A stretch of 64,000 bases of DNA from an uncultured Acidobacteriota bacterium (GCA_963843575.1 CAWJKZ010000013.1:64001-128000); one strand, 5' to 3'. Numbered from the stretch's first letter, positions 9,203 to 18,732 are shown. Notes: a model not told the origin generated them from the sequence alone. Translations and numbers: made by a program.

Positions 9203-10482
9203 GAGTGTTCATGCTGGACACCCACGTGCACACGTGCCTGTCGCCCTGCGCGGAACTGGAGATGCACCCGGCCGCCGTGGCCGGGGCGGCGGTCTCCTCC
9301 GGGCTGGATGCCGTCGCGGTGTGCGATCACAACTCGGCCGAGAATGCGGCCGCCGTGGCGCGCGCCGCGCACAGGTCCGGCCTCGCGGTGATTCCCGGCA
9401 TGGAGATCACCAGCGCCGAGGAGGTTCACGTCCTCGGCCTCTGTCCGGACCTCGAGGCGGCGCTGGAGCTGCAGGCACGTGTTTACCGCTGTCTGCCCGG
9501 CCGCAACGACGCGCGCGCATTCGGCATGCAGGTGGTGGCCAACGAAGACGAGGAGGTGCTCGGCTTCAACGACCACCTCCTGGCCGGCGCGACCACGATG
9601 GCCGTCGACGCCGTGGTCGACGCGATTCACCGGGTGGACGGCCTCGCCGTGGCGTCGCACGTCGACCGCGAGGCTTTTGGAATCTTCGGGCAGCTCGGCA
9701 TGATCCCGGCCGACCTCCGGTTGGATGCCCTGGAGGTCTCGCGACGCACCCCCCTGCCGTCCGCGCGTGCGTCGTTCGCCCCCGGCGGGGAGTGGACTAT
9801 CCTGTGCGCCTCCGATGCGCACGAGCCGAAGGATGTCGGGCAGGCGGCCACGTACATGCTGCTGCAGGAGCCGACCGTCGCGGAACTGCGCCGCGCTTTC
9901 GCCGGCGAAGGGGGACGGACGGTGCTCGGCGGAGGAATGCCGATGGAGGACTTGGCACTGCACATCCTGGACATCGCACGCAACAGCATCGATGCGGGGG
10001 CGACGGAGATCGAGATCGTCATCGAGGAAGACCTCGCCGGCAACCGGCTCACGATCGAGCTGCGCGACAACGGGCGCGGCATGAGCCCGGAAACACTCTC
10101 CCGGGCCGCGGATCCCTTCTTTACCACGCGCACCACGCGCCGGGTCGGCATGGGGCTGCCGCTGCTCGCCCAGGCCGCCCGCAGCGCCGGAGGCGGGCTC
10201 TCGCTGGAGTCGCAACCCGGGCGCGGGACGAGCGTGCGCGCGGTTTTCGAGCACGGCCACATCGATAGGGCACCCCTGGGAGACCTGGAAACAACCCTGA
10301 TGGTGCTGCTCGCAGGTCATTCGGAGATCGACATCAGGTTCCGGCACAGAGTAGACCACGCGGAGTACGAGCTCGACTCCGCCGACCTGCGCGCTGCCGG
10401 GATCGACGTGGGCTCCCCCGAGGGCCTGATGGCGGTGCGCGGCGTCATACGACAGGGAGAGAGATCGTTGTCCAGGAGCTGA
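9199..10482 (+). CDS. PHP phosphoesterase fused to HATPase kinase domain
   Basis: DTHVHTCLSPC, CDHN and SDAH (PHP), then in frame MEDLALHILDIARNS...DNGRG...RRVGMGLP. Start is probably CTG 9199 after AGGAGG (alternatively ATG 9211). Confidence 0.82.
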   Translation: MRVFMLDTHVHTCLSPCAELEMHPAAVAGAAVSSGLDAVAVCDHNSAENAAAVARAAHRSGLAVIPGMEITSAEEVHVLGLCPDLEAALELQARVYRCLPGRNDARAFGMQVVANEDEEVLGFNDHLLAGATTMAVDAVVDAIHRVDGLAVASHVDREAFGIFGQLGMIPADLRLDALEVSRRTPLPSARASFAPGGEWTILCASDAHEPKDVGQAATYMLLQEPTVAELRRAFAGEGGRTVLGGGMPMEDLALHILDIARNSIDAGATEIEIVIEEDLAGNRLTIELRDNGRGMSPETLSRAADPFFTTRTTRRVGMGLPLLAQAARSAGGGLSLESQPGRGTSVRAVFEHGHIDRAPLGDLETTLMVLLAGHSEIDIRFRHRVDHAEYELDSADLRAAGIDVGSPEGLMAVRGVIRQGERSLSRS

Positions 10483-10539
10483 ACCGGGCGTGGTCGAGGG
10501 AACGCGAGACGCGGACAGGAACTGACTTTGGGAGGAAAC

Positions 10540-11028
10540 ATGGTCGACGTCACAAGGGTTCGGGAAATCGTCGGTCGTCACGGCGGTAAACGGGAGCACA
10601 TGATCGCCATCCTGCTCGACTGCCAGGAAGAATACTGCTATCTGCCGCGGGAGGTTCTCGAGGAGCTGTCGGTCCAGATCGACACGCCGCTGACCTCCGT
10701 GCTTTCGATCGCCACGTTCTTCCGTGCCTTCAGCCTCAAGCCGGTGGGCCGCCACCAGGTCCACGTCTGCATGGGCACCGCCTGCAACATCCAGGGGGGG
10801 CCCCGGCTGGTCGAGGCGCTCGAACGCGAGCTGAAGATCAAGAAGGGCGAAACCACGCCGGACATGCAGTTCAGCCTCGACACGGTCAACTGTGTCGGGT
10901 GCTGCGGGCTCGCCCCGGTCATCACCGTCGGACAGGACGTGCACGGAAAACTGAAGCAGTCTTCCATCCCGAGGATTCTGAAGAAGTACAGGTCAAAGGA
11001 GGCAAGCGATGCCGAGACTGTCCATTGA
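10540..11028 (+). CDS. HydC/HndA/NuoE-like [2Fe-2S] subunit
   Basis: CMGTAC and CVGCCGLAP motifs. GGAGG RBS. Confidence 0.92.
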   Translation: MVDVTRVREIVGRHGGKREHMIAILLDCQEEYCYLPREVLEELSVQIDTPLTSVLSIATFFRAFSLKPVGRHQVHVCMGTACNIQGGPRLVEALERELKIKKGETTPDMQFSLDTVNCVGCCGLAPVITVGQDVHGKLKQSSIPRILKKYRSKEASDAETVH

Positions 11029-11392
11029 GGATCTCAAGCGGATACGCGACGAGTCGCGGCACATCCTCACGCTCAGGTCGGGGGAGGCCCGGGCGAAGGT
11101 GACGGTCCACATGGGTACCTGCGGCATTTCGGCCGGTGCGCGCGACGTCATGGGCGCCCTGCTGAAGGCCATCGAGGAACGCAAGATCACCGACGTGATC
11201 GTCACTACGTCGGGTTGTGCCGGGCTCTGCAGCCGGGAGCCGATGGCGACCGTGGAGCTCGCCGGCCAGCCACCGGTCAAGTACGTCGACCTCAAACCGG
11301 ACCGCATGATCCGCATACTGCAGGAGCACGTGCTCGAGGGCAGAATCGTCACCGACTTCGCGCTGGCCAGGGGCTGTGAGACGACCGGCTAG
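11009..11392 (+). CDS. HydD/HndB-like thioredoxin-fold subunit
   Basis: VHMGTCGISAGA and SGCAGLCSREP motifs. Confidence 0.88.
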   Translation: MPRLSIEDLKRIRDESRHILTLRSGEARAKVTVHMGTCGISAGARDVMGALLKAIEERKITDVIVTTSGCAGLCSREPMATVELAGQPPVKYVDLKPDRMIRILQEHVLEGRIVTDFALARGCETTG

Positions 11393-11469
11393 CCTTCCGG
11401 GACGCCCCGAAAACATCGGAAGGCGCGCAGCGCTTTGATCCGCACGTTTTTGCTGGAGGGAAGGGAGAG

Positions 11470-13309
11470 ATGGCATTCCGCACAAATGTTCTGGTTTGCG
11501 CAGGGACCGGGTGCGTGTCCGGGAACTCCTTTGCGACGGCCCGGGCGCTGGAGACCGAGGTGAAGAAACGGGGCCTGGGAGACGAAATCCAGGTGATACG
11601 CACAGGGTGCCAGGGCTTCTGCGCCGAGGGACCCATCGTGATTGTGCAGCCGGACGGCGTCTTCTACTGCGGCGTGGCCGCCAAGGACGCGCCGTACCTG
11701 GTGGAGGAACATTTCCTGAAAGGCCGGCCGGTGCAGAGGCTGATGTACTCGCCGCCGAAGGAAAAGAGCCCCATCCCGGCGCTCAAGGAGATTCCCTTCT
11801 TCGCCAAGCAGAAGCTGGTCGTGCTGCGCAACCGCGGGGCCATCGACCCGGAGCGCATCGACGACTACATCGCCGTGGACGGTTACACCGCACTGGTCAA
11901 AGCCCTGAGAGATGACGCCCGAGCAGATCATCCGGGAGATCAAGAAGTCGGGGCTGCGCGGGCGCGGCGGCGGCGGCTTTCCGACCGGCATCAAGTGGGA
12001 GACCTGCCGCCACGCAGCGAAACAGCGCAACGAGGAACCCGTCGTCGTCTGCAACGCCGACGAAGGCGACCCCGGGGCCTTCATGGACCGCAGCATCATC
12101 GAGAGCGACCCGCACTCCGTCCTCGAGGGGATGATCATCGGCGCGCGGGCGATCGGCTGCAAAGAGGGCTTCGTCTACATCCGGCACGAGTATCCCATTG
12201 CGCGCGAACGCCTGCTCAAGGCCATCGAGCAGGCGCGCGACTACGGCCTCCTCGGCAAGGGCATCCTGGGCTCCGAAATGGATTTCGACGTCGAGATCGT
12301 CCAGGGGGCGGGCGCATTCGTCTGCGGCGAATCGACGGCTCTCATGGCTTCGCTGGAGGGGAAGGCCGGCGAACCGCGCGCCAAGTACATCCACACGGTG
12401 GAGTACGGGTACAAGAACCGGCCGACGAACCTGAACAACGTCGAGACCTGGGCCAACGTCCCGCTGATCATCAGCCGCGGCGCCGAGTGGTTCGCGTCGA
12501 TGGGGACCGGCGAGGTCAGCGAGAATCCCTGGAACGGAAGCAGCGGGACCAAGGTGTTCTCGATGGTCGGCAAGGTGAACAACACCGGGCTGATCGAGGT
12601 CCCGATGGGCCTGACGCTGCGCGAGATCGTCTTCGACATTGGCGGCGGCATCGCGGGCGGCAGCAAATTCAAGGCGGTGCAGACCGGTGGTCCTTCCGGA
12701 GGGTGCCTCCCGGAAGAGCTGCTGGACATGCCGGTCGACTTCGACAGCCTGACCGAAGCGGGCTCGATGATGGGGTCCGGGGGCATGATCGTCATGGACG
12801 ACCAGACCTGCATGGTCGACGTGGCGCGCTACTTCATCGCCTTCCTGACCGAGGAGTCGTGCGGCAAGTGCGTGCCGTGCCGTGAGGGGTTGCGCACCTC
12901 GCTCGACACCCTCACCCGCATCTCGGAAGGCAAGGGGACCGAACACGACATCGAGCTCCTGTACGAGATCGGCGCCGTCATGCAGGACTGCTGTCTGTGC
13001 GCGCTGGGCACGTCCGCCCCGAACCCGGTGCTGTCGACGCTGCGCTATTTCAAGGAGGAGTACGACGCCCACATCAAGGACCACGTCTGCCCGGCGGGCG
13101 TCTGCAAGGACCTGATCGAGTACAGGATCGACGCGGAGAAGTGCGACGGGTGCCACGCCTGTGTGAAAGGCTGCTCCCCCGCGGCCATCGGGGGCGCGGT
13201 CAAGGAGAAGCACTCCATCGACGGGGACAAGTGCATCAAGTGCGGCGCCTGCCTTGAGGTGTGCAAGCGCGACGCGATCGTGAAAGTTCCGAGGAGTCAT
13301 GCGGCATGA
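11470..13309 (+). CDS. HydB/HndC/NuoF-like FMN- and NAD(H)-binding subunit (apparent frameshift near 11908)
   Basis: N-terminal CAGTGC/GCQGFC, then [41 protein letters not shown] and a C-terminal 2x[4Fe-4S]. The two ORFs join if one base is removed. Confidence 0.9.
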
Positions 13310-15064
13310 AGACCATCAAAGTGAAGATCAACGGGATCGAAGCCGAGGCTGCGGACCGCACCCCCATCCTGAACATCGCCGAAAAACTGGGGATCAAGAT
13401 CCCCACGCTGTGCCACCACCCGATCCTGGAACCCTATGGCGTGTGCCGCGTGTGCACCGTCGAGGTCCGCTCGGGCAAACGCGTCCGGATGGTGACGGCC
13501 TGCAATTACCCGGCGACGAACGGCATCGAGGTGCTGACCGATTCCGAGCGGGTCCGGCGCGACCGTAAGCTGATCATCGAGTGGCTGATGTCGCGCTGCG
13601 GGCACGTGCCGGTGATCGAGCAGCTCGCGGCCGAGTACGGCATCACGGAACCGCGGTTCGGACGCGGCGACGACGACTGCATCCTGTGCGGGCTCTGCGT
13701 GCGCGTCTGCTCCGACGTCGTCGGCGCCAATGTCCTCGGGTTCTTCAACCGCGGCACGACTCGCGAGGTCTCGACCGCCTACGGCGAGACCTCGGACAAA
13801 TGCATCGCCTGCGGGGCGTGTGCCCACGTCTGCCCCACAGGCGCAATCCGGATCGAGGACGACGCGGCCCTGGTCCAGAAAGAGCTCCCGATGGGGCCGC
13901 TCACCCCGATCGGCATCCCGTTCATGCAGGCGGTGCCGCACCAGCCGGTGATCGACCGCGATTCGTGCATTCACTTCAAGACCGGCGCGTGCAAGGTGTG
14001 CGAAAAGGTCTGCGAGGTGAAGGCGATCGACCACAGCCAGCAGGACCGCGTCGAGGAACTCGAGGTCGGGGCCGTCGTGCTGGCCACCGGCTTCCAGACC
14101 TTCGACGCCAGGAAGATCCCCGAGTACGGCTACGGCAGGTTCGACAACGTCCTGACCGGCATGGAGTTCGAAAAAATGAACAGCGCTTCGGGCTCGACCG
14201 GCGGCCGGATCCTCATGGCCGACGGCAAGGCCCCGAAGTCGGTGGGGATCATTCACTGCGTCGGCAGCCGCGACCAGCGCCACAACAAGCACTGCTCGCG
14301 CGTCTGCTGCATGTACGCGCTGAAGTTCGCACACCTGATCAAGGAGAAGACCGAGGCCGAGGTCTACAACTTCTACATCGACATGCGCTGCTTCGGAAAG
14401 GGCTACGAGGAGTTCTATCACCGCCTGCTGGAGGAGGGAGTGCGGTTCATCCGGGGCCGGGCCGCGTCGGTCACGGACTTCCCGTTGAACGAACACGAGC
14501 GCGGCAAGCTGATCATCCGCGTCGAGGACACGCTGCTCGGCCAGGTGCGGCGCATCCCGGTCGACATGGTCGTGCTGGCCACAGGGCTCGAAGCCGCAGA
14601 AGGCGCGGCCGAACTCGCCCGCACCTTCCACATCAGCTGCCAGCGGCGGTTTCTTCACCGAGCGGCACCCGAAGCTCGCCCCGGTGTCGACGGCCACGGA
14701 CGGGATCTACATCGCCGGCGCGTGCCAGGGGCCGAAGGACATCCCCGACACGGTCGCACAGGCCTCCGCGGCGGCGTCGCAGGTGCAGGCGCTGATGGCC
14801 AAGGGGGAGATCGAGGTCGAGTCCGCCACGAGCATCGTGGATGCCGAGAAGTGCGCCGGGTGCAGGATCTGCAACACCCTCTGCTCGCTCTCGGCCATCA
14901 GCTTCGACGAGGAGAGGCACGTGTCGGTGATCAACGACGTGCTCTGCAAAGGGTGCGGCACCTGCGCTGCGGCATGCCCGAGCGCTGCCATCATCGCGCG
15001 GCACTTCACCGACGAGCAGCTGTTCGCCGAAATAGAAGGAGCTCTGTATGACGTTCGAGCCTAA
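13306..15064 (+). CDS. Fusion of HydA/NuoG-like Fe-S arm with HdrA C-terminal half (apparent frameshift near 14641)
   Basis: [2Fe-2S] (TLCHH..CRVC..AC) and 2x[4Fe-4S], then HdrA motifs [38 protein letters not shown]. After the shift come [15 protein letters not shown] and a C-terminal ferredoxin. Confidence 0.88.
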
Positions 15065-15485
15065 GATCGTGGGCATTCTCTGCAACTGGTGCTCGTACAC
15101 GGGCGCGGACCTGGCCGGAACCGCCCGCATCAAGTACGCCCCGAACGTGCGCATGATGCGTGTCATGTGCTCCGGCCGAGTCGACCCGACCTTCGTGCTG
15201 AAGGCGTTCGCCGACGGGGCCGACGGGGTGCTCGTCGCCGGGTGCCACCCGGGAGACTGCCACTACATCGACGGGAACTACAAGACCCTGCGCCGCATGG
15301 CGCTGCTGAAGAAGCTGCTCGCCGACTACGGTATCGAGCCGGAACGGTTCCGGCTGGAGTGGGTGTCCGCCTCGGAGGGCGACCGCTGGGCCGAGGTCGT
15401 CAACGGCATCACCGAAGACGTCCGCAGGCTCGGTCCGGCGAAGTTCAAGTCGAAAGGGAAAAAACGAGCCGCCCCGGCGGCCTAG
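15048..15485 (+). CDS. mvhD: MvhD [2Fe-2S] subunit
   Basis: CNWCSYTGAD, MCSGRV and GCHPGDCHY motifs. Confidence 0.95.
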   Translation: MTFEPKIVGILCNWCSYTGADLAGTARIKYAPNVRMMRVMCSGRVDPTFVLKAFADGADGVLVAGCHPGDCHYIDGNYKTLRRMALLKKLLADYGIEPERFRLEWVSASEGDRWAEVVNGITEDVRRLGPAKFKSKGKKRAAPAA

Positions 15486-15498
15486 CACACAGTCTCAT

Positions 15499-15631
15499 AA
15501 GTACGCTGACCTATTTTTCAGGACGCAGAAAACACGGGCGATGAAAGAGAAAAGCCAAAACAGAACGCAGATTCCGCGGGAATCCGCCTCCTGAAAAATG
15601 CGTTAGCGTATTTGCGAACATCAGTACCTAG
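15499..15631. repeat. MITE-like intergenic element, copy 1
   Basis: Imperfect inverted repeats at 15499-15523 and 15589-15613. Shares a 30-nt identical block and a 43-nt block with 35592-35781. Confidence 0.7.
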
Positions 15632-15670
15632 CAGACGCGGGCTGCACATCTACCGGTATTCGGAGGAAGC

Positions 15671-16627
15671 ATGGCGAAACTGAAATTGGCGTCCTACTGG
15701 GCGGCCGCATGCGGGGGATGCGACGTGGGGATCCTGGACCTGCACGAGAAGATCCTGGACCTCGCGGCAGCCGCGGACATCGTCTTCTGGCCCATCGCGC
15801 TCGATTTCAAGTACGAGGATGTCGAGGCCATGCCGGACGGCCACATCGACGTGACCCTGTTTCACGGGGCCGTCCGCAACTCCGAGAACGAGCATCTGGC
15901 GCGGCTGCTGCGCGCCAAGTCCAAGGTCCTGGTCGCATTCGGGACCTGCGCCCACATCGGCGGCATACCGGGCCTGGCCAACCTGTTCGACAAGAAGTCG
16001 ATCTTTCAGCGTGTCTACCACGACTCCCCCTCGACGGTGAACCCCGACGGCGTCGAACCCCAGCCTCGCTCCAGGGTGCCGGAAGGTGAAATTACGATCC
16101 CGGAGTTCTACGACACGGTCCGGTCCCTGGACCAGGTGGTCGACGTCGAGTACTATGTCCCCGGCTGCCCGCCGACCCCGAAGCAGATCTGGAAGGTGGT
16201 GGAGACGATCGTGTCGGGGCAACTGCCACCGCCCGGCGCCGTCATCGGCGCGTCGGAAAAGACGCAGTGCGACGAGTGCACGCGCAAGAAGAGCGAAAAG
16301 AAGATCACCGGATTCAAACGGATCGCGACCGCACAGCCCGATCCGGACACCTGTTTTCTCGACCAGGGTTTCCTGTGCGTCGGCCCCGTGACCCGGGGCG
16401 GATGCGACACCCGCTGCCAGCTGTCGGGAGTCGCCTGCCGCGGCTGCTATGGCCCGCCGCCGGGAGTGCTCGACCAGGGAGCAAAGGCGATCTCGGCCAT
16501 CGCCTCCGTGATCGAGGCCAAGGACGAGGCTGAGGTAGAACGCATAATCGCAGAGATCCCCGACCCGCTCCGGAGCTTTAACCGGTTCGGCATCCCGGGA
16601 TCCTTATTGGTGAGGAAAGCATTATGA
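15671..16627 (+). CDS. mvhG: Group 3c [NiFe]-hydrogenase small subunit
   Basis: CGGC, GTCA, PGCPP, CDEC, CFL..G..C.GP and CRGCYG motifs. Confidence 0.92.
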   Translation: MAKLKLASYWAAACGGCDVGILDLHEKILDLAAAADIVFWPIALDFKYEDVEAMPDGHIDVTLFHGAVRNSENEHLARLLRAKSKVLVAFGTCAHIGGIPGLANLFDKKSIFQRVYHDSPSTVNPDGVEPQPRSRVPEGEITIPEFYDTVRSLDQVVDVEYYVPGCPPTPKQIWKVVETIVSGQLPPPGAVIGASEKTQCDECTRKKSEKKITGFKRIATAQPDPDTCFLDQGFLCVGPVTRGGCDTRCQLSGVACRGCYGPPPGVLDQGAKAISAIASVIEAKDEAEVERIIAEIPDPLRSFNRFGIPGSLLVRKAL

Positions 16628-18084
16628 AGCGCATTTCGATTGATCCCATCACGCGGCTGGAGGGGCACGGCAAGATCGACATCTTCCTGGCCGACGACGG
16701 CAGCGTCGCAAACTGCTACTTCCAGGTGCCCGAGCTGCGCGGCTTCGAGAAGTTCGTCGAAGGCATGCCGGCCGAGGAAGTCCCGCGCGTGGTGTCGCGC
16801 ATCTGCGGCGTCTGACCGGCCGCACACCATTTGGCCTCGGGTAAGGCCATAGATGCAGTCTACAAGGTCGATCCGCCGGTCACGGCGAAGAAGCTGCGCG
16901 AGCTCTACTACAGCGCTCACTTCATGCACAGCCACATAGCCCACTTCTACGCGCTCGCCGCCCCCGACTTCGTCGTGGGCCCGGACGCCGATCCCGCGAA
17001 GCGGAACATCCTCGGCATCGTGGAAAAAGTCGGGGTCCCCGTGGCGGCCGAAGTCCTCAAACACCGCGCCATCGCGCAGGACATCCAGATCATGGTGGGG
17101 GGCAGGTCGACCCACCCCGTCTGGACTCTGCCGGGCGGCGTGTCCAAGGGGATCACCGACGCTCAGCGGCTGGAGATCGTCGAGAAGGCGAAATCGTGCG
17201 TGGAGTTCGCCAGGTTCTCCCTGAAGCTGTTCGAGGACATCGTACTCCAGAACAAGACCTACCTCGACCTGGTCCTCTCGGACATCTACGAGCTCGACTC
17301 GTACTGGATCGGGACCGTCGACGAGAAAAACCGGGTGAACTTCTACCAGGGCGAGCACCGCGTCGTGGATCAGGACGCCAAGGAAGTCTTCCGGTACAAG
17401 GACCACGAGTACCTCGATTTCATCTCGGAACGGGTCGAGCAGTTCAGCTACCTGAAGTTCCCCTTCCTGAAGAAGATCGGCTGGAAGGGGCTCGTAGCCG
17501 GACGTGACTCGGGCGTGTACCAGGCGACCCCGCTCTCGCGGCTCAACGCGGCCGACGGGATGGCGACGCCGCTGGCGCAGGCCGAGTACGAGAAGATGTA
17601 CAAAACCCTCGGCGGCAAACCTGTGAAAAAGCTCCTGGCCACGCACTGGGCGCGGCTGGTCGAGTTGCTGTACGCGGCCGAGCGGATGCTCGAGCTGGCC
17701 CAGGACCCGCAGGTCGCGTCGACCGACATCCGCACCCTCCCGACGGCGGTCCCGGAAGAGGGCATCGGGATCGTCGAGGCGCCGCGTGGAATCCTGACCC
17801 ATCACTACAAGACAGACCGGAACGGGCTCATCACCGAAGCGAACCTCGTCGTGGGAACGACGAATAATCATGCGCCGATCTCGCTGGCGATCAAGCAGGC
17901 CGCCCAGCGGCTCATCCAGCCCGGAAAGGCGATCGGGCAGGATCTCCTCAACATGGTGGAGATGGCGTTCCGGATCTTTGACCCGTGCTTCTCGTGCGCG
18001 ACCCACTCCCTGCCGGGGGAAATGCCCCTCGTCGTGGAGGTCCACGCCGCCGACGGCACCGTGGTCCACCGCGTTTCGCGGTAG
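16624..18084 (+). CDS. mvhA: Group 3c [NiFe]-hydrogenase large subunit, predicted selenoprotein (UGA at codon 64)
   Basis: TRLEGHG, RGFE, then RICGV-TGA-PAAHHLAS continuing in the same frame to EAPRG and DPCFSCATH plus a C-terminal extension. 486 aa with readthrough. Confidence 0.9.
16816..16856 (+). promoter_or_regulatory. Candidate bacterial SECIS element
   Basis: Stem TGGCCT (16832-16837) / AGGCCA (16844-16849) with loop CGGGTA starting 22 nt after the TGA. Stem extends via CAT/ATG. Confidence 0.75.
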
Positions 18085-18126
18085 CACCTGCGCGTCGGGC
18101 GGCGCGTGGCAATCAGCGGAATAACG

Positions 18127-18179
18127 AAGCCGGAAGTCAGGACCCGGGAACGGCTGCTGGCTTCCGGCTTTTGGCTTTT
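18127..18179 (+). terminator. Hairpin with T-tract after mvhA
   Basis: AAGCCGGAAGTCAG...CTGGCTTCCGGCTT followed by TTGGCTTTT. Confidence 0.5.
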
Positions 18180-18234
18180 GGCGCGAACCAGATTCACGTT
18201 ACGCAGCACATAACGGACTGCCGCGATACACCCT

Positions 18235-18732
18235 ATGCGAACGCGGGTAATTGGTCTGGGCAACAGCCTCCTGTCCGACGACGGCGTCGGGATTTACGCG
18301 GCCCGGGAAGTGGCGCGCCGACTCGCCGGGACCGCTCGCGCGGATCCGGTGGACGTAACCGAGTCGGAAGTGGCGGGCTTCGCCCTGATGGAGCTGATGG
18401 CCGGCTGGGACCGCGTCGTGCTCGTCGACTCCGTTGTGTTCGAAGGAGTCGAACCGGGTACGGTCCTGCAGCTGGCGGCCGACGACCTGCACACCTCTCT
18501 CCGGCTGCGTTCCGTGCACGATATCGACCTCCCTACCGCCCTCGAACTCGGCCGTCGCCTCGGCCTGAGTATGCCGTCCGATGTCGTGATCTTCGGCATC
18601 CAGGTCCTGGATCCGTACACCCTGGGGGAAACCCTCACGGAACCTGCAGCCGCCGGACTGCGCGCCGCGACAGACCTGATCCTCCGGGAATTAATTCCCG
18701 CCGACTGCCCCAATTTCCTGCCGCCCTTGTAG
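18235..18732 (+). CDS. Hydrogenase maturation protease (HycI/HybD family)
   Basis: VIGLGNSLLSDDGVG, VDS and SVHD motifs. Follows a large subunit that has a cleavable tail. Confidence 0.93.
   Translation: MRTRVIGLGNSLLSDDGVGIYAAREVARRLAGTARADPVDVTESEVAGFALMELMAGWDRVVLVDSVVFEGVEPGTVLQLAADDLHTSLRLRSVHDIDLPTALELGRRLGLSMPSDVVIFGIQVLDPYTLGETLTEPAAAGLRAATDLILRELIPADCPNFLPPL

Noticed and set aside
10540-13850. Respiratory complex I nuoEFG
   Set aside because: No other nuo genes are present, and the extra Fe-S domains and HydD match HydABC/Hnd-type modules.
11900-14650. Programmed frameshifting in hydB and the hdrA fusion
   Set aside because: No slippery sequence, and the same single-base pattern occurs in unrelated genes.
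16624-16815. 63-aa ORF treated as a separate small gene, or mvhA treated as a pseudogene
   Set aside because: The stop falls exactly on a conserved Cys codon, the frame continues, and a SECIS-like hairpin follows. Readthrough explains this better.
4405-18084. Evidence of a methanogen or archaeal origin
   Set aside because: The sigma-54 system, bacterial-type in-gene SECIS and surrounding genes are bacterial, and Hdr-Mvh is widespread in bacteria.
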